A stretch of 64,000 bases of DNA. It comes from Mobula birostris. Taxonomy: Eukaryota. The stretch covers positions 100,146,699 to 100,210,698 of the forward strand of contig NC_092382.1 of assembly GCF_030028105.1 (NCBI RefSeq), written 5' to 3'. Shown in pieces: positions 11,487 through 24,723 of the stretch. The notes under the pieces are model-generated. The model made no database searches, was not told where the DNA came from, and worked only from the letters and a program-made list of their open reading frames with translations. Each line of letters opens with the position of its first letter. Positions within the stretch are counted from its first letter, which is position 1. The translations under genes and the position numbers were made by a program.

Positions 11487-13059
11487 TGCGATACGGCCAC
11501 TGAGAGAAATAAAGGGCGATGATATCGCACCTGCTCTTCTCATGTATTTCTCTTGCTAGACATTAAAATAGCTGTAACGATTCTACACACATATCGTCTT
11601 TTTTTGTTGTTTCGGTGAAAGCTTCCCTCCGATGATCAGACTGGTGAGAATTCAGACTGCATATTTGTTCTTCGTTACATGACCGTTTTGATCATAACTT
11701 CCCAGTGAGGCCAACAGAATTGTGACTTCCAACTATATGCAGTCTCCCTGCACTTACATCATGCCCATTCATCGCTCTGTGCATCATTCTGGGAATTACG
11801 TCAGCTGCTCTGACTCAGGCCTATCTCTGACGTAACGCGCCCCTTCTCTCTAATAGCTCGTTGAGGCTGCCTGACAAGACGAAGTCATTCTGTAAACAAA
11901 GTACCAAACTGAAAAGGTCATGAATAGTTAACAAGATAGACGGATTGATAAATGGACAGACAGAAAGAATGATAGAAAGATGGGCAGATAGATAGAAAGA
12001 AAGATAGATTTTTAGACAGATGGAAAAAAAGGACGGTCAGAGAAGACAGTCACAGCTCAGAGGTGATAAATGGTATTCAAGGACAGTAGACAGAGAGAGC
12101 ATTAGACTGACAGTGAGACAGACACAGAAGGAGATGTTCAGTGCGCCCGACAAACAACTTCAGCTTATTTGTGACTGAGAAGCGTGCATGAAGGTGTAGG
12201 GGAAGAGAGAAATCATCGGCGGGGTGGCGGGGGGGGGGCGGGGTAGAGCAAGAAAGAGAGAATTCCGCTGGGGAGAGGTTTACGTGGGTATTCAGCTAAT
12301 TTTGATCGGACGTACGCATTCGTTCCACCTGGTTCAGAGAAGAGCGAAGCGCAACTAAAACCGAACACTGACTCTGGGAAGAGCTGGTTGAGAGACGTTA
12401 CTCTATGCCCTGTTTCCAACAAACAAGAAACGCGGGTGTGATTCAAGACGTCAAGTATTATCTATGGAGGAGAATAACCAGTCAATGTTTAGTACCGAAA
12501 CATCACATCGGAACTGGAAGGGACTCTAGAATAATAAAGTATGGAAGGAAAAGGACCACAAGACAGTTGGTGATAGTTGAGGCCATTTGAGCGGGCAGTT
12601 GAGTGCGTATTGGAGAGGACACATTTTATCGGAAGCTGGAAGGGGGTACAGTACATGGAAGACATAGACGGTGGAAGAAGATTTCCGAGATGAGAGCAGA
12701 GGGGACACGGAGGAAAGGGGAAAAGGAGTGGAACCAGAGGTTGTAGATGGTTGGTGAAAATCAACAGACTAAGAGGCATATACTACAAAAAAATCACAGA
12801 ATGAGATATAGTGTGGAGAGGAAGAAGTATTGAGGTAGTGATACGGCTAGACACGAGAGTGTTGGGTGGTCAAACTCGTGCAGCGGAAGCAACGCATCCC
12901 TCGAATGGGGGCAGGATTATAGAAGGGGCGTGTCTGATCGCTACTTCCGCAAATCCACCTACGTCACTGCGATATGTAACAAGCGGGGATGAAGTGAATG
13001 GATTCGTCTCTGCTGTGCGCAGCGCCTTCATCGCTGAGAGAATAAACCCGCCAAGGAAG

Positions 13060-13695
13060 ATGTTTCTATTTCTGCAGTTCATCCTCGCCTTCCACTGTGA
13101 GTGAATTTGAACAAAAAAATATTCTTTTCATTTCTTTGCTACTCTCTTACTTTCAGATTCCCCTTACTTGCTTTACCTTCCAGTAGTCTTTGGGAATCTT
13201 TTTATATTTAGTTAAGAATCGTCGCAACCTCCCACTATCTTCCCTCAGCCGCCGCCTCTAAATTCCGTCCACCTCTCCAGCTCTCCCAACTTCAGTTCTT
13301 CTCTTTTCCCTCAATGCTCCCTCTTTTTCCTCTTCCCTGTTGACCAGGGTCTCCCTGTTCGTTCACCGCATTTTGCCACCCCCATCTCTTTTCCAGACGC
13401 GACCTCGGTAACCATCCACCAGATTCCGGCTGTCTCGGGAACTCCCGGCCAGAACGTGACCCTGCGTTGCACAGTGGACGGTATTATCAGTGATACTAAC
13501 TGGTTGTACTGGTACCGACAGTACCCGGGAAAGGGTCCGGAGAACATGTTTTACTCGAACGCAGCTAAGTACGTCCAACCAGATAAAATGGTCGACGGCT
13601 TTACGGCGGAGCGACCGAAGAGCAACGAATTCCTCCTAAAGTCCGACAAACTGGAGGCGAATTCGTCGGCCGTGTATTTCTGCGCCTGGAGTATT
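13060..13695 (+). CDS. TRBV: TRBV30-like V segment, family A, apparently intact (V13)
   Basis: Leader 13060-13096 MFLFLQFILAFH; exon 13397-13695 in frame to YFCAWSI; RSS 13696-13734. Confidence 0.95.
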
Positions 13696-13734
13696 CACGG
13701 CGGCTCAAAGTGACGGGGCAGCCGAACAAAAACC
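13696..13734 (+). other. 23-RSS of V13
   Basis: CACGGCG / 23 / ACAAAAACC. Confidence 0.95.
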
Positions 13735-14677
13735 TCGCCGTCAGAAGAGTCTGAGCTGTCAGCAAAACAGGAAATACGACTCCTGTCAATCATTGGGTGG
13801 GAGGAGGGTCTATCTGTCAGGTGCTGCGCCGTTGCGGCCAATCAGTGAAAAATGGGGTGGAGGTATTTTCCCGTGGCATTTAATTTCCTCCCCTTATTAA
13901 ACATTCACATAGGTGAATGTGATCCCCAATGCTCTTCCCCACACCTTCTTTCCTTGATTCTGCAGCCTAGGGTCGGAGACAGCCGGATAGTTAAGAAACA
14001 GGGAGAGATGGGAGAACAGCCGTAGGACACACCCCGGGAATGACAGAGCATGGAGTCCGAGGAAGGAACAGAGGGATATTGACGTTCACCAATCTCTGAA
14101 GATGACAGAATATGAGGGTGTTGGCGGATCTTGGGGGTTCTAGCATAAATAGTTTTCTCAGGCGGAATTTGGGGTGCGCATGGTTTTGGGGTTGTCGGCG
14201 TATACGGGCTGCTAGCCGATTTGCTAGCGTGTGCAGATCTGGAAATTTTGGTGTATGTCAGCGTGCCGGCCGATATATAGGGACCTGCTCCATGCAGAAC
14301 ACAGGGTATTTCATGTGGATTAGCTGCGATCTGGAAGTGCTTAGAATACAGATTCCAAATGCTTCGTCTGACGAAATAGGAGAGTCAACATGTTCCCGGT
14401 GTACTCTGGAACTCTCCAGCTTTCTGAGACAGGAGCTCTGCGACATGGAACAGGCTAACAACGGGGAGTTGCCGACGGACTAAAATGTCACATGTGGTTT
14501 GGAGTGCTGTCATTATTCAGAAAGATTCGTGTTTTCAATAAAAACTTGGTGAATTGTGGCCCCTCTTCTCAAACCGGATCTCTAGTATTGCGAAAATCCG
14601 AAGACGAAGGAGCATTGAAAACCAGCAAGAGAGAGATGTTGGGCGTGGAGAGGGTGACGGAATTGAGTAGAGAGATA

Positions 14678-14825
14678 NNNNNNNNNNNNNNNNNNNNNNN
14701 NNNNNNNNNNNNNNNNNNNNNNNNNNNNNNNNNNNNNNNNNNNNNNNNNNNNNNNNNNNNNNNNNNNNNNNNNNNNNNNNNNNNNNNNNNNNNNNNNNNN
14801 NNNNNNNNNNNNNNNNNNNNNNNNN
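14678..14825. other. Assembly gap (N run)
   Basis: N bases. Confidence 1.
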
Positions 14826-14997
14826 TTGGTGGAGCGTAACAACACATCCCTGAGATCGGATAGGTTCACAGAAGGGGCGTAGCTGATCGCTACTTCCGCA
14901 AGTCCACCGACGTCACTGATATCAGTAACAAGTGAATGGACTCGTCTCTGCCGCACACAACACTTTCATCACTGAGAGAATAAACCCTCCAAGGAAG

Positions 14998-15631
14998 ATG
15001 CTTTTAATTCTGCGGTTGCTGCTCGCCTTCCAATGTGAGTGATGTTGACAAAAATATTATTTTTATTTCTTTGCTGCTCTCTTCATTTCGGATCCCATTC
15101 ACGTGCTTTACCTTCCAGTAGTCTCCGAATATTTCTAAATTTATTAACGAACCCTCGCGTCCGTGCACGATATTACCTGCCGCCGCCTCTAAGTTCCGTC
15201 CTCCTCTCCATCTTTCCCAACTTCATTTCTTCTCTTTCCTTCCCTCAAAGCACCATCTTTCTCCCCTTCCCTGTTGACCCGGGTCTCCGTGTTCATTCAC
15301 TGCCTTTTGCCACCCCCGTCTCTTTTTTCCAGACGGGACCTCGGTGACGATCCACCAGACTCCGGGATTCTCCGGAACTCCCGGCCAGAAGGTGACCCTG
15401 AATTGCACAGTAGAGGGCAGTGTCAGTGCTAGCGACTGGTTGTACTGGTACCGACAATTCCCGGGAAACGGTCCGGAGTACATGTTCTACTCGAACACAG
15501 CAAAGTACGTCCAACCCGGGGGAATGGTCGATGGTTTCACGGCGGAGAGACCGAAGAGGAACGAGTTCTTCAAGAAGTCTGACAAACTGGAGGCGAAATC
15601 GTCGGCGCTGTATTTCTGTGCCTGGAGTATT
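14998..15631 (+). CDS. TRBV: TRBV30-like V segment, family A, apparently intact (V15)
   Basis: Leader 14998-15034 MLLILRLLLAFQ; exon 15333-15631; paralog of V2 without the frameshift; RSS 15632-15670. Confidence 0.93.
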
Positions 15632-15670
15632 CACGACGGAACAGAGTGTCGGGGCAGCTGTACAAAAACT
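15632..15670 (+). other. 23-RSS of V15
   Basis: CACGACG / 23 / ACAAAAACT. Confidence 0.93.
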
Positions 15671-16149
15671 CTCTCGATCAGAAGGATCGTTGCTGTCAGG
15701 AAAACAGGAAACACGACTCCTGTCAATCATATGGTGGGAGGTGGGCCTATCGTTCAGTCGTGCGCGGCGCAGCGTCCAATCAGTGAAATAAGAGGCGATA
15801 CTATTGTACCGCAGCTTTTTATTTCCCTTCTCTTCTAAAGCATCCAGTTGGGTGAATACAATTCGCACACTCGCCTTTCCAGTCTATTCTTCCTTGTCAT
15901 TTCCGGTCTTTCCACACATCATCGGTCCGGGAGAACCAGAACCATTGACTGCGCCAATAATGTTCAGTCCCCAAGAAAAATTTCCCGCTCATGTCTTTTT
16001 TGCCTGTTGTTGGAAACAAAGAATACGAAGAATACCGCACGGATCCGGAACAGGGGAAACACGCGACCTAAGTGTTGGACAACCGTACTGTACATGGTGG
16101 GGAATGATGAGGAACAGAGGGACCGCGGTGCACTTCGTAGTAAAAAGAC

Positions 16150-16560
16150 CGTGAACAGTGGGGAGTGTCGAGGGACAGGAGGACCTCGGTATACAGAGTA
16201 GGACACACATCGTAAATGGTGGAGAGTGCCGAGGGACAGAGGCACTCTGTTTTCAAGGGTTGGACACACACAGTGAGTGGTGGGGAGTGTCGATGGACAG
16301 ATGCACTCTGCTTTCAAGGGTTGGACACACACAGTGAACGGTGGGGAGTGCCGATGGACAGAGGCACTCTGTTTTCGAGGGTTGGACACGAACCGTGAGT
16401 GGTGGGGAGTGTCGAGGCTGACATGACGTCAGTGTCGAAGAGCAGCAGATAAGCCGAGAATGCTGGGAAATGCCGAGGGACAGAGGGACCTCGGTGAACA
16501 GGGTAGGACACGCGGCGTGAATGGTGGGAGTGTGAAGGGACAGAGGGTTCTCAGTGTACG
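16150..16560 (+). repeat. About 61-bp minisatellite; related arrays at 21680-21860, 22260-22510 and inverted at 52660-52900, 63060-63270
   Basis: Unit gggagtgtcgagggacagagg..ggttggacacacacagtg..; CACAGTG at 16269 and 16330 gives the period. Confidence 0.8.
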
Positions 16561-16954
16561 AAGATTCGGGAGGACCGGATAATAGGGATTGTCAGAGAGG
16601 GGGAGCGATAGGATAACAAGGAAGGGGCACACACTCTGTGAAGGATAGAGCACCGCGTACTTTGCAGGAACGACGGGATATTGATGGACATGCTCACCAA
16701 TCACTGAAGGTGACAGGTTCTGGGTGTGTCGGTGGATCTGGCGATTTAAAACAGAGGAGAATCGTCAGGTGCAGGAAACCCGCAAAGCATGCAAAAGCTC
16801 CGCAAGCAGAATGCCACGTTGGAAAGGACTACATGTTTACGAAATAGTTAGAGATATCTTTTAGTAGTGTAGTTCTCTCAGTAACACGAGACGGACTGTT
16901 AACTGCTAATTGCTTATAACCAAAATGGCTTCTCTGTGATGTTATATTAAAATT

Positions 16955-17490
16955 AGTCATAGTCATAGTCATAGTCATAGTCATACTTTATTGATCCCGA
17001 AGGAAATTGATTTTCGTTACAGTTGCCCCAACCAAGAATAGAGTATAGATATAGAAATATAAACCCATAAATAATTAAATAGTAATATGTAAATTATGCC
17101 AGGAAATAAATCCAGGACCAGCCTATTGGCTCAGGGTGACTGACCCTCCAAGGGAGGAGTTCTAAAGTTTGATGGCCACAGGCAGGAATGGCTTCCTATG
17201 ACGCTCTGTGCTGCATCTCGGTGGAATGAGTCTCTGGCTGAATGTACTCCTGTGCCCACCCAGTACATTATGTAGTGGATGGGAGACATTGTCCAAGATG
17301 GCATGCAACTTGGACAGCAACCGCTTTTCAGACACCACCGCCAGAGAGTCCAGTTCCATCCCCACAACATCACTTGTCTTACGAATGAGTTTGTTGATTC
17401 TATTGGTGTCTGCTACCCTCACCCTGCTGCACACAACAGCAAACATGATGGCACTGGCCACCACAGACTCGTAGAACATCCTCAGCATCA
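16955..17490 (-). mobile_element. Rex1/Babar-type LINE 3' fragment with (GTCATA)n tail
   Basis: ORF 17162-17488(-) FYESVVASAIMFAVVC..HPLH..PFLPVAIKL; tandem tail 16955-16985. Confidence 0.8.
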
Positions 17491-18139
17491 GTACCTTCAG
17501 CTACTGTTACCTGCTGAGAGAGGGGCTCTTTGTAACAACAATGTTTGTGTAATACAATGTGATAATGGAAATTGTATACATTTGTTAACCAATGTTCTGC
17601 TGTCTTGTATATGTATGCTGAGTTGGGGAGCACGGGCTTTTTCGGGAGGCGAGCAGAGAGGCTGGACTTGTGAGGATCGGCAGCGGTCTCAGGGCGGCGG
17701 ATACCGGACCTCTGGGGTTTGGAAGGCGGCCGGAGTCTCGGAAAGACGTTGTGGATGGAACCGGAGGCGTGAGCTCCAACGTATTAAAATATTATGTGCA
17801 CAGGACTGATAAGTTTCTTATTTGGCGCCTTCTCTTTTAGTTGTTGCTACTAACCCACCATCAAAATTTGCTTTAAAGTATAATTCTTCACTCGCATTTG
17901 GTATATTGTTTCATATTATTGTCGTGGCTGATTATTGGGTCACTCACACCTTCTCCGCACCAAAGCATTTGCACTTCTTGGCGGGGTCGAGAGCTATTCA
18001 ACCTAGGCAACGGGATTCAGTTGGCGCAAAGGCCGTTACTGTGGATTATAAGCTCAGCAACAAGATGGCCGACAGAACAGCCCGCACTGTACTGGTCTAC
18101 CACAGGTTATATGTTCTATGCTGTGTAACCTAATCCCAT

Positions 18140-19020
18140 TTGTTATAAGCCAGTTGTTCTGACCTCAGTGCTTGAGAAGATGTTGGAATCAGTGATTAAG
18201 GATGTGGTTTCGGGGAACTTAGAGGCCCATGAAATCACAGGTGGCAGTCAGAATGGTTTCTTGCAGTGAAAAGCTTGCCTGACAAATTAGTTGCTCTTCA
18301 TTAAATAAATAACCTTGACCAAGGAGAATTTTACATACAGTGTACTTTGATTTTCAGAAAGCCTTCGACAAGGTGCCACACATGAAGATGCTTACCATGA
18401 GCCAATGGTATTGCAGGAACAAGGCTCGCGTTGATAGAGTATTGAGTGATTGGGAGGAGGAAAAGAGTGAGAATAAATAGAGCCTCTCTGTTTGGCTACA
18501 GATGACTAGTGCTGACTGTATTGGGATTACTTCTTTATAAATTGTCTTTCAATGATTTGGATGACGGAATTGAAGGCTTTGTGTTCAAGTTAGCGGATAG
18601 GAGAAAAGACAGATACTTCTAAGGAAACATGGCGTCTACAGAAGGACACAGCCTGGATGGTGAAGAGGCAAATAAATGGCAATCTCGGAAAGTGTGCTGT
18701 CATGCATTTCGGTACAAGAACTAGAAATATTGACGCTTTTCTAAATGCAGAGGAAATTCAGGAATTCTGAGATCCAAAGGGACTTGGAGGTCCTTATGTA
18801 AGATTCCATAAAGGGTTAATTTGCCGCTTAAGTCTGGGCTGTGAAAGACAAATACGATGTTATCATTGATTTCGGGAGAAGCAGAATCTAAAAGCAAGGA
18901 TGTGATGTTGAGACTTTATAAAACACTGGTGAGGCTTGACATGTGTTGCTGTGAGCTGTTTTGGGACCCTTACCTGAGAATGGAAGAGCTGAAATTGGAG
19001 AGAATCAAAGGAGGTGCACG
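18140..19020 (+). mobile_element. Degenerate CR1 LINE RT fragment
   Basis: Decayed CR1 motifs (ttgattttcagaaagccttcgacaaggtgccaca; gcggatag; tataaaacactggtgaggc). Confidence 0.8.
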
Positions 19021-19337
19021 AGAATGATTCCGACGTTTCGGAACGAGCCCCTTCATCAGGCGACGTCTGCTGTCAATCAGCGAGAGGATGTCGGATTGAC
19101 GGGATGACAGATCAGACAACGGGCGCATGCGCGAGATCGCATCTTCGCACTTCATGCCTGCACTTGCTTAGGGATTCAACTCACTGAACCCAACCTGCGG
19201 CCAAATTCGACCCCTAAATAGAAAGAGTTAAATTTGATTCATGCTTGGTATATATAGTCTTGTTTACAGATCTTCTCTCTATACCTCTCTGCCTTTGAAC
19301 TTGATCTGAGGGCGTCATGTGGAGACACAGAAAGCTA

Positions 19338-19351
19338 CCACTAGGGGGCGG
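19338..19351 (+). promoter_or_regulatory. CTCF motif
   Basis: CCACTAGGGGGCGG. Confidence 0.75.
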
Positions 19352-20046
19352 AAATGTATGTTATATTTTTCGAAGAGTATGAAAAGGGACAAGTTATTGG
19401 TGTAAGGTGAATTTTATGCTCGGCTCCTCATTATGAGAAAATAGAGACCCAGAGACTTTAAACAGTGAAATAAAGGAGGGACACAAGCAAAATGGTCCAA
19501 TGTTGCTCCTTTTGTTACGGCCTTCTGTTCCATGTTCTATGTAAGATAAACCAATTTCCAAACATATGGCCCATATAATTTAGAGGACAGATAAAAAAAA
19601 ACGAAGGGGTGCGTTTGCATGAAATGGTCAGATTGATTGCTGATTAGGTTCAAAAATCGGCGGAAGATCGAGTGGATGCCGGCTAGTCCGATCAACTGAC
19701 GAAGCTATACGGGATGTCGCAACTTCGCAATTCATGCCTTGGGTGCTTTGAAATTCAACTCACTCAACCCCACCAGGCCGAAATCTTCACATCCGGCCCT
19801 GACAGGAAGAGTTGAATTTGATTCATGCTTGGTTTATCTACTCAAGAGAGTATCACAGAATAGCAGTTTGTAATAAAAATGATTTTAGCCTGGAACCTGG
19901 TAAGAGCATCAAGATGTGCAGGGGCACATATCCTTTAGGTTAGATACATCAGGAAAATCTGCTCTTCCTTCTTGGCCTGCTCTCTCTACCTCTCTGCTAT
20001 TGAGCTCGATTGGAGGCTGAGCGACATGTGAAGGCACAGCCTGCTA

Positions 20047-20060
20047 CCACTAGGGGGCGG
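20047..20060 (+). promoter_or_regulatory. CTCF motif upstream of V20
   Basis: CCACTAGGGGGCGG. Confidence 0.75.
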
Positions 20061-20589
20061 AAAACGATTAAAGGCAACAAATTGTTTGTGTAAAGTGACC
20101 TTCCCTTTCGGCAGGGTCGCAACAAGCGCTAAGAGCCAGAGCTGGAAGGAAGGACATCGATAGAGAGAAAGAAAGCCTGAGAAAGAGAGAGATTTTCTAC
20201 GGAGGGCTGACCTTGCAGGATACAAAGTGTTTCAGATGGTACAGTATGCGGTGCTCAGACCGACAGAACGTGAGCTGTGATCCACCATCTTTCACCGGTT
20301 TGTGTAGATTTCCGAAAAACACACACACACGGTGATCTAAACGGGGAGAGGGAGAGAGAGGGAGGGACGGGGACAGAGACAGAGCGAGTCGGTTGTGTGG
20401 CCACGCTTCTGGACAGGAAGCAAAACACCCCACGAATCGGGTTGGAGTATGGAAGGGGCGTGACCAATTGCTGCGTCCTCAAATCCACCTACGTCACTGA
20501 GATACGTAACAAACCGGATGGAAGTGAATGAATTCGTCTCTGCCGTCCGCACCATTTTCATCACTGAGAGAGTAAACCCTCCAAGGAAG

Positions 20590-21230
20590 ATGTTCCTGTT
20601 TCTGCAATTCATCCTCACCTTCTGCTGTGAGTGAAAGTTCCCAAATATTATTATTTTTTTCATTCTCCGCTTGTGTCTTCCTTTCACGTCCCTTCCACTA
20701 GCTTTCCCCTTCCGTAGTCTCGGATTCATTCCATATTTATTTACGAGCCCTCGCGTCCGCAGACTATCTGCCTTCTACCTCCGACATTAAATTCCGATCT
20801 GATCTCCAAATGTCCCCTACCTCAGTCATATTTTTTGCGTCCTTCAGTGCACCTTGTTTATCCTCATCCCCATTGATCCGCGTGTCCGTGTTCATTCACC
20901 CGTTCAGCCAAATCCGTCTCTTTTTTCCCAGACGCGACCTCGGTGACGATCAACCAGACGCCAGCTTTCTCTGGAACTCGCGGCCAGAAGGTGACCCTGA
21001 GTTGCACAGTGGAGGGTAGCAGCAGTGCAGGTAATGAGTTGTACTGGTACCGACAATACCCGGGGAAGGGTCCGCAGAACTTATTTTACTCGAACACAGC
21101 TGAGTACGTCCAACCAGAGGGATTGGTCGACGGTTTTACGGCGGAGAGACCGCAGAGCAGCGAGTTGTTCCTGAAGTCCGACAAACTGGCGGGGAATTCA
21201 TCGGCCGTGTATTTCTGCGCCTGGAGTGAT
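20590..21230 (+). CDS. TRBV: TRBV30-like V segment, family A, apparently intact (V20)
   Basis: Leader 20590-20626 MFLFLQFILTFC; exon 20932-21230 to YFCAWSD; RSS 21231-21269. Confidence 0.95.
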
Positions 21231-21269
21231 CACGGCGGCTCAGAGTGACGGGGAAGCTGAACAAAAACT
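21231..21269 (+). other. 23-RSS of V20
   Basis: CACGGCG / 23 / ACAAAAACT. Confidence 0.95.
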
Positions 21270-24216
21270 CTCACTGTCAGAAGTGTCGCTGTTGTCAGCA
21301 AAACAGGAAACACGACTCCTGTCAATCACATGCTGGGACATGTGTCAATCATTTAGTCGTGTGCGCCGTGGCGTCTAATCAGTGAAATCAGGGGCGATGC
21401 CATTGTACCGTAGTTTTTAATTTCCTCCTCTTCTGAAACATCCATTTGGGTGAAGAGACTCCACACACTCACCATTCTTCTTTCTTGGTGCTGTCTTCCC
21501 ACACATCATCAGTCCGGGTAACTTTCAACGTATCCAAAGTATCAGAAACTTTGAGTGCGCTAATAATGTTCAGCTTCTGTGATCAATTTTCCCGTTAGTG
21601 GAAACACAGAATACGCGGGGGACTGGACGATTCAGGAACAGAGGAACCTCGGGGCATTAGGTTTTGATAAAAACACCGTAACTGGTGGGGAATACTGAGC
21701 AACAGAGAGGTCTCGGTAGAATAGGGTAAGACACATACCGTGATGGGTGGGGAGTGTCGAGGGTCAGAGGGACATCGGCGTACAGGGTAGGACACACAAC
21801 GTGAATGGCGCGGACTGTGGAGAGACAGAGGGTTTTCTGTGTATAAAGATAGGAGGGGGCCGGATAATGGGGATTGTTAAGAACGGGGACAGGAAGGAAA
21901 ACAAGGCTAGGGCACGCACCGTGAAAGGTAGAACACGGCGTACACTGGAGGAACAGAGCGATTTTAACGGATAACTGAAGACCTGGGGGTGTCGGAAAAA
22001 CGAGGGGTTTTAAAAGGAAGGGAATCGTCAGATGCAGAAACCGGCAAAACTTGCAAAAACATGCAAACCTTTACACGGTTCTTTATTTTCTTCCCACACA
22101 CCGGTCCGCGAGGATTGGAAATCTGAGTGCGTCAATAATATTCAGTCTCCAGGATCAATACCCCGCTCGTTGTCTCATTACTGGAAACTCAGACTGCTGG
22201 GATGGTGCGGAAACAAAGGGACTTCGGTTTATAAAGGTGTGATCTCAGGGGAGGGTCGAGTGACAGAGGGATCCCAGAGTACAACGATGCGGAGTGTCGA
22301 GGGAAAGGGGAACCTCGGTGTACGAGGTTTGAACACACACGATCAATGGTGGGGAGTGTCGAGGGACAGAGCGACCTCGGTGTAGGAGGGTGGGATACAC
22401 ACCGTGAATGCTAGGGAGTGCCGAAGGACAGAGGGACCTCATGTACATACACTGTGAACGCCGCCGACAGTCGAAGGGCAGAAGAACTTCGGAGTACAAG
22501 GGTAGGAGACAGCAGGTTAATGTTAAGAGTCAGGAGAGACAGTGGTACACACACGGTGAAGGGTACAACACGGTGTACTTCGGAGTATCATAATCAGCGA
22601 TCACTGAATGTGACAGACTACACAGGATTTGGCGAGGGTGGGAGCCGCATCTGGGGTGCATGCGTATTTGTGGGAATCGGAGGAAATAGGGCTGCGAGAA
22701 GTAGGTGTGAGAATTGGGGCGCGGTCCCAACTGGTCCCCGTCCTCCTTCACATTTTCCCGTTCTGCGCCCTCGTCTCCTATCAGACTGTTTCTTCTCCAG
22801 CCATTGAAATTTCCCACCCACTTGGCTTCGTCTGTCATCTCACAGGCTGCATCGTTCCCCGTTCCTCACCTTTCAATTCAAGCATCTCTCCCCTTCCTTC
22901 TCCGTCCTGACGAAGGGTCGGCCGGAAGCGTCCATTGTTTGCTCTTTTCTATAGATGCTGACTGACTTGCTGCGGGCCTCCAACATTCTGCGTGCGTCAC
23001 CTGCAATTATTTTCCAAACGGTCTCTTCCAATAAAAGAAAAACAAGTTAAAAATAAATCTCTCACCAATTTCGTACCTTCTTCACCCAGACAGACTCTAC
23101 CGAATCTACCTCCACTCACAATTCTAAAGTTCGAGCAATTACATTAGATCGAGAAAACCCGCAAAAGTGTCCGTGGGAGACGAAACAAGAAGAATTAGAT
23201 TCAGATCTTTTGCGGATGACCAGTAGCTCAGCGCCGGCGATCGGATTTCAATTTCCCCTTCTGGCTCTCAGGTGTGGGTTTCCCTGTGGTGCTTTTGCAT
23301 TGCTGACAACGCCTGAACCTAAAGCCGATAAGGGAGGACTGAGCGACATTCAGGGGAATACAAGTAAATAATACAAAGGGAAAAAAAATCTATAAGGTCT
23401 ATATTGAGCTGTATCTTTCCTCTTTTTTTATACGTTTCTATGCTTCGCATGGGAACAGAAAATTGGCTTGACATTGGTGGTAGTTTCTGTACCTCTGATT
23501 CCCTAGCCAATAAAACCAAGTGTATTTCTTACGTATGTTTCTACAACACCTACTGAAACTCTCGTTCGGCATCAAATATGCTTCCAACTTTGCTCTGCTT
23601 TCGGTTTTGAACTGTAAGGACATCGATGCGCAGGTAGTGACGCCGTCGACAAAAGGCCAATGAGATTCTGGTATTTAGATAAGAGACAACGCGTTTCTAC
23701 TGAATACCGGCATTGCGCAGCACTCGATGCCAAAGTGAGCCGTTATCTCCTTCGGGTCGATGATGGCTTGTGGAACGCACTGCATCCTCCTGATTCTGCC
23801 GTTGATCCCAAGTAAGTCCAACCATCAGAGCTACACGGAAAGCGGTGTGATGTATTTGTTCGACGTAGGCAGTGCGGCACTGGCCCTCGTTTAGCTTGTT
23901 AGAGGGTATTAAATTTCAAACCCCTCCCGAGCTCATGATGCAAAATTCCACGGTAAGACCATCGATAACTGCCGGCCCTTTGGGTTTCGGAATGTAAATG
24001 ACGTCCTCTCCAGGAAACGGGATTGAACGCAGAAGAGGGGACATGTCTTTCTGTGCTGTGCTGGGGGGCTGAGGCCCTGATCCTAAATAGGGATCAAATA
24101 CCAGTGAGCTGCCCGATATTCCGGTTCAATTACCCATTCTGATCCAACGTCGGCTGATGTGAACCATAGTGGTTCAGGACTGTGACATTTCTCGCACGTT
24201 ACTCACTAGTGATTGG

Positions 24217-24645
24217 ATATCATCCCGTTGGGTTTTGCTGAGGGTGGCCAGTGGATTTTCTATACGCAGGTCCCTTCCTTTACTACATTTCCACAAATAT
24301 CTAGTTGTTTGTCGACAGAAATTAGAATTTAATTGAATATCTGTCTTGCAGGGATTCTGGCCGCGTAAGGGCAGCAGTCGCCTTCCTCCCTGTCAATCGG
24401 AGAGGGAGAGCCAGCCAGCATCTCGTGTACGTTGCTAAACACGGGGTATCCAGCCATGTTTTGGTACAGACAGCGATCCGATCGGGCAATGAATGCTCTC
24501 TTCAATACTGTTGGGCAAGGTTCGGTGACGAACTACACATCCGCTTCCTTCACGGCGACAAGGCCCAGCAGCACTCTGTTTAAATTGCAACTGAGAGGGG
24601 CATCGCCCTGCCCCGCAGCCGACTACTACTGCGCTTGTAGTAGCG
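24217..24645 (+). pseudogene. TRBV: Family B V segment with stop and dead heptamer (VB3)
   Basis: Degenerate leader about 24217-24269 without ATG; exon 24352-24645 with TAA 24366-24368, otherwise open (..AMFWYRQ..DYYCACSS); heptamer position reads AACAGAA. Confidence 0.88.
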
Positions 24646-24684
24646 AACAGAACTTCAGATACCGAGTCTCCCACTACAAAAACC
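24646..24684 (+). other. Defective 23-RSS of VB3
   Basis: AACAGAA / 23 / ACAAAAACC; invariant CAC lost. Confidence 0.85.
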
Positions 24685-24723
24685 TCCCAGCTCATTGCAG
24701 GCAGGTTGACAGTTCCTGTTTCA

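Noticed and set aside
15344-15838. V ORFs extending through the RSS (HGGSE-type tails; 164 aa for V15)
   Set aside because: Simple read-through of RSS and flank; not coding after rearrangement.
16150-16560. CRISPR-like periodic array
   Set aside because: Eukaryotic locus; whole units are similar with no unique spacers; it is a minisatellite.
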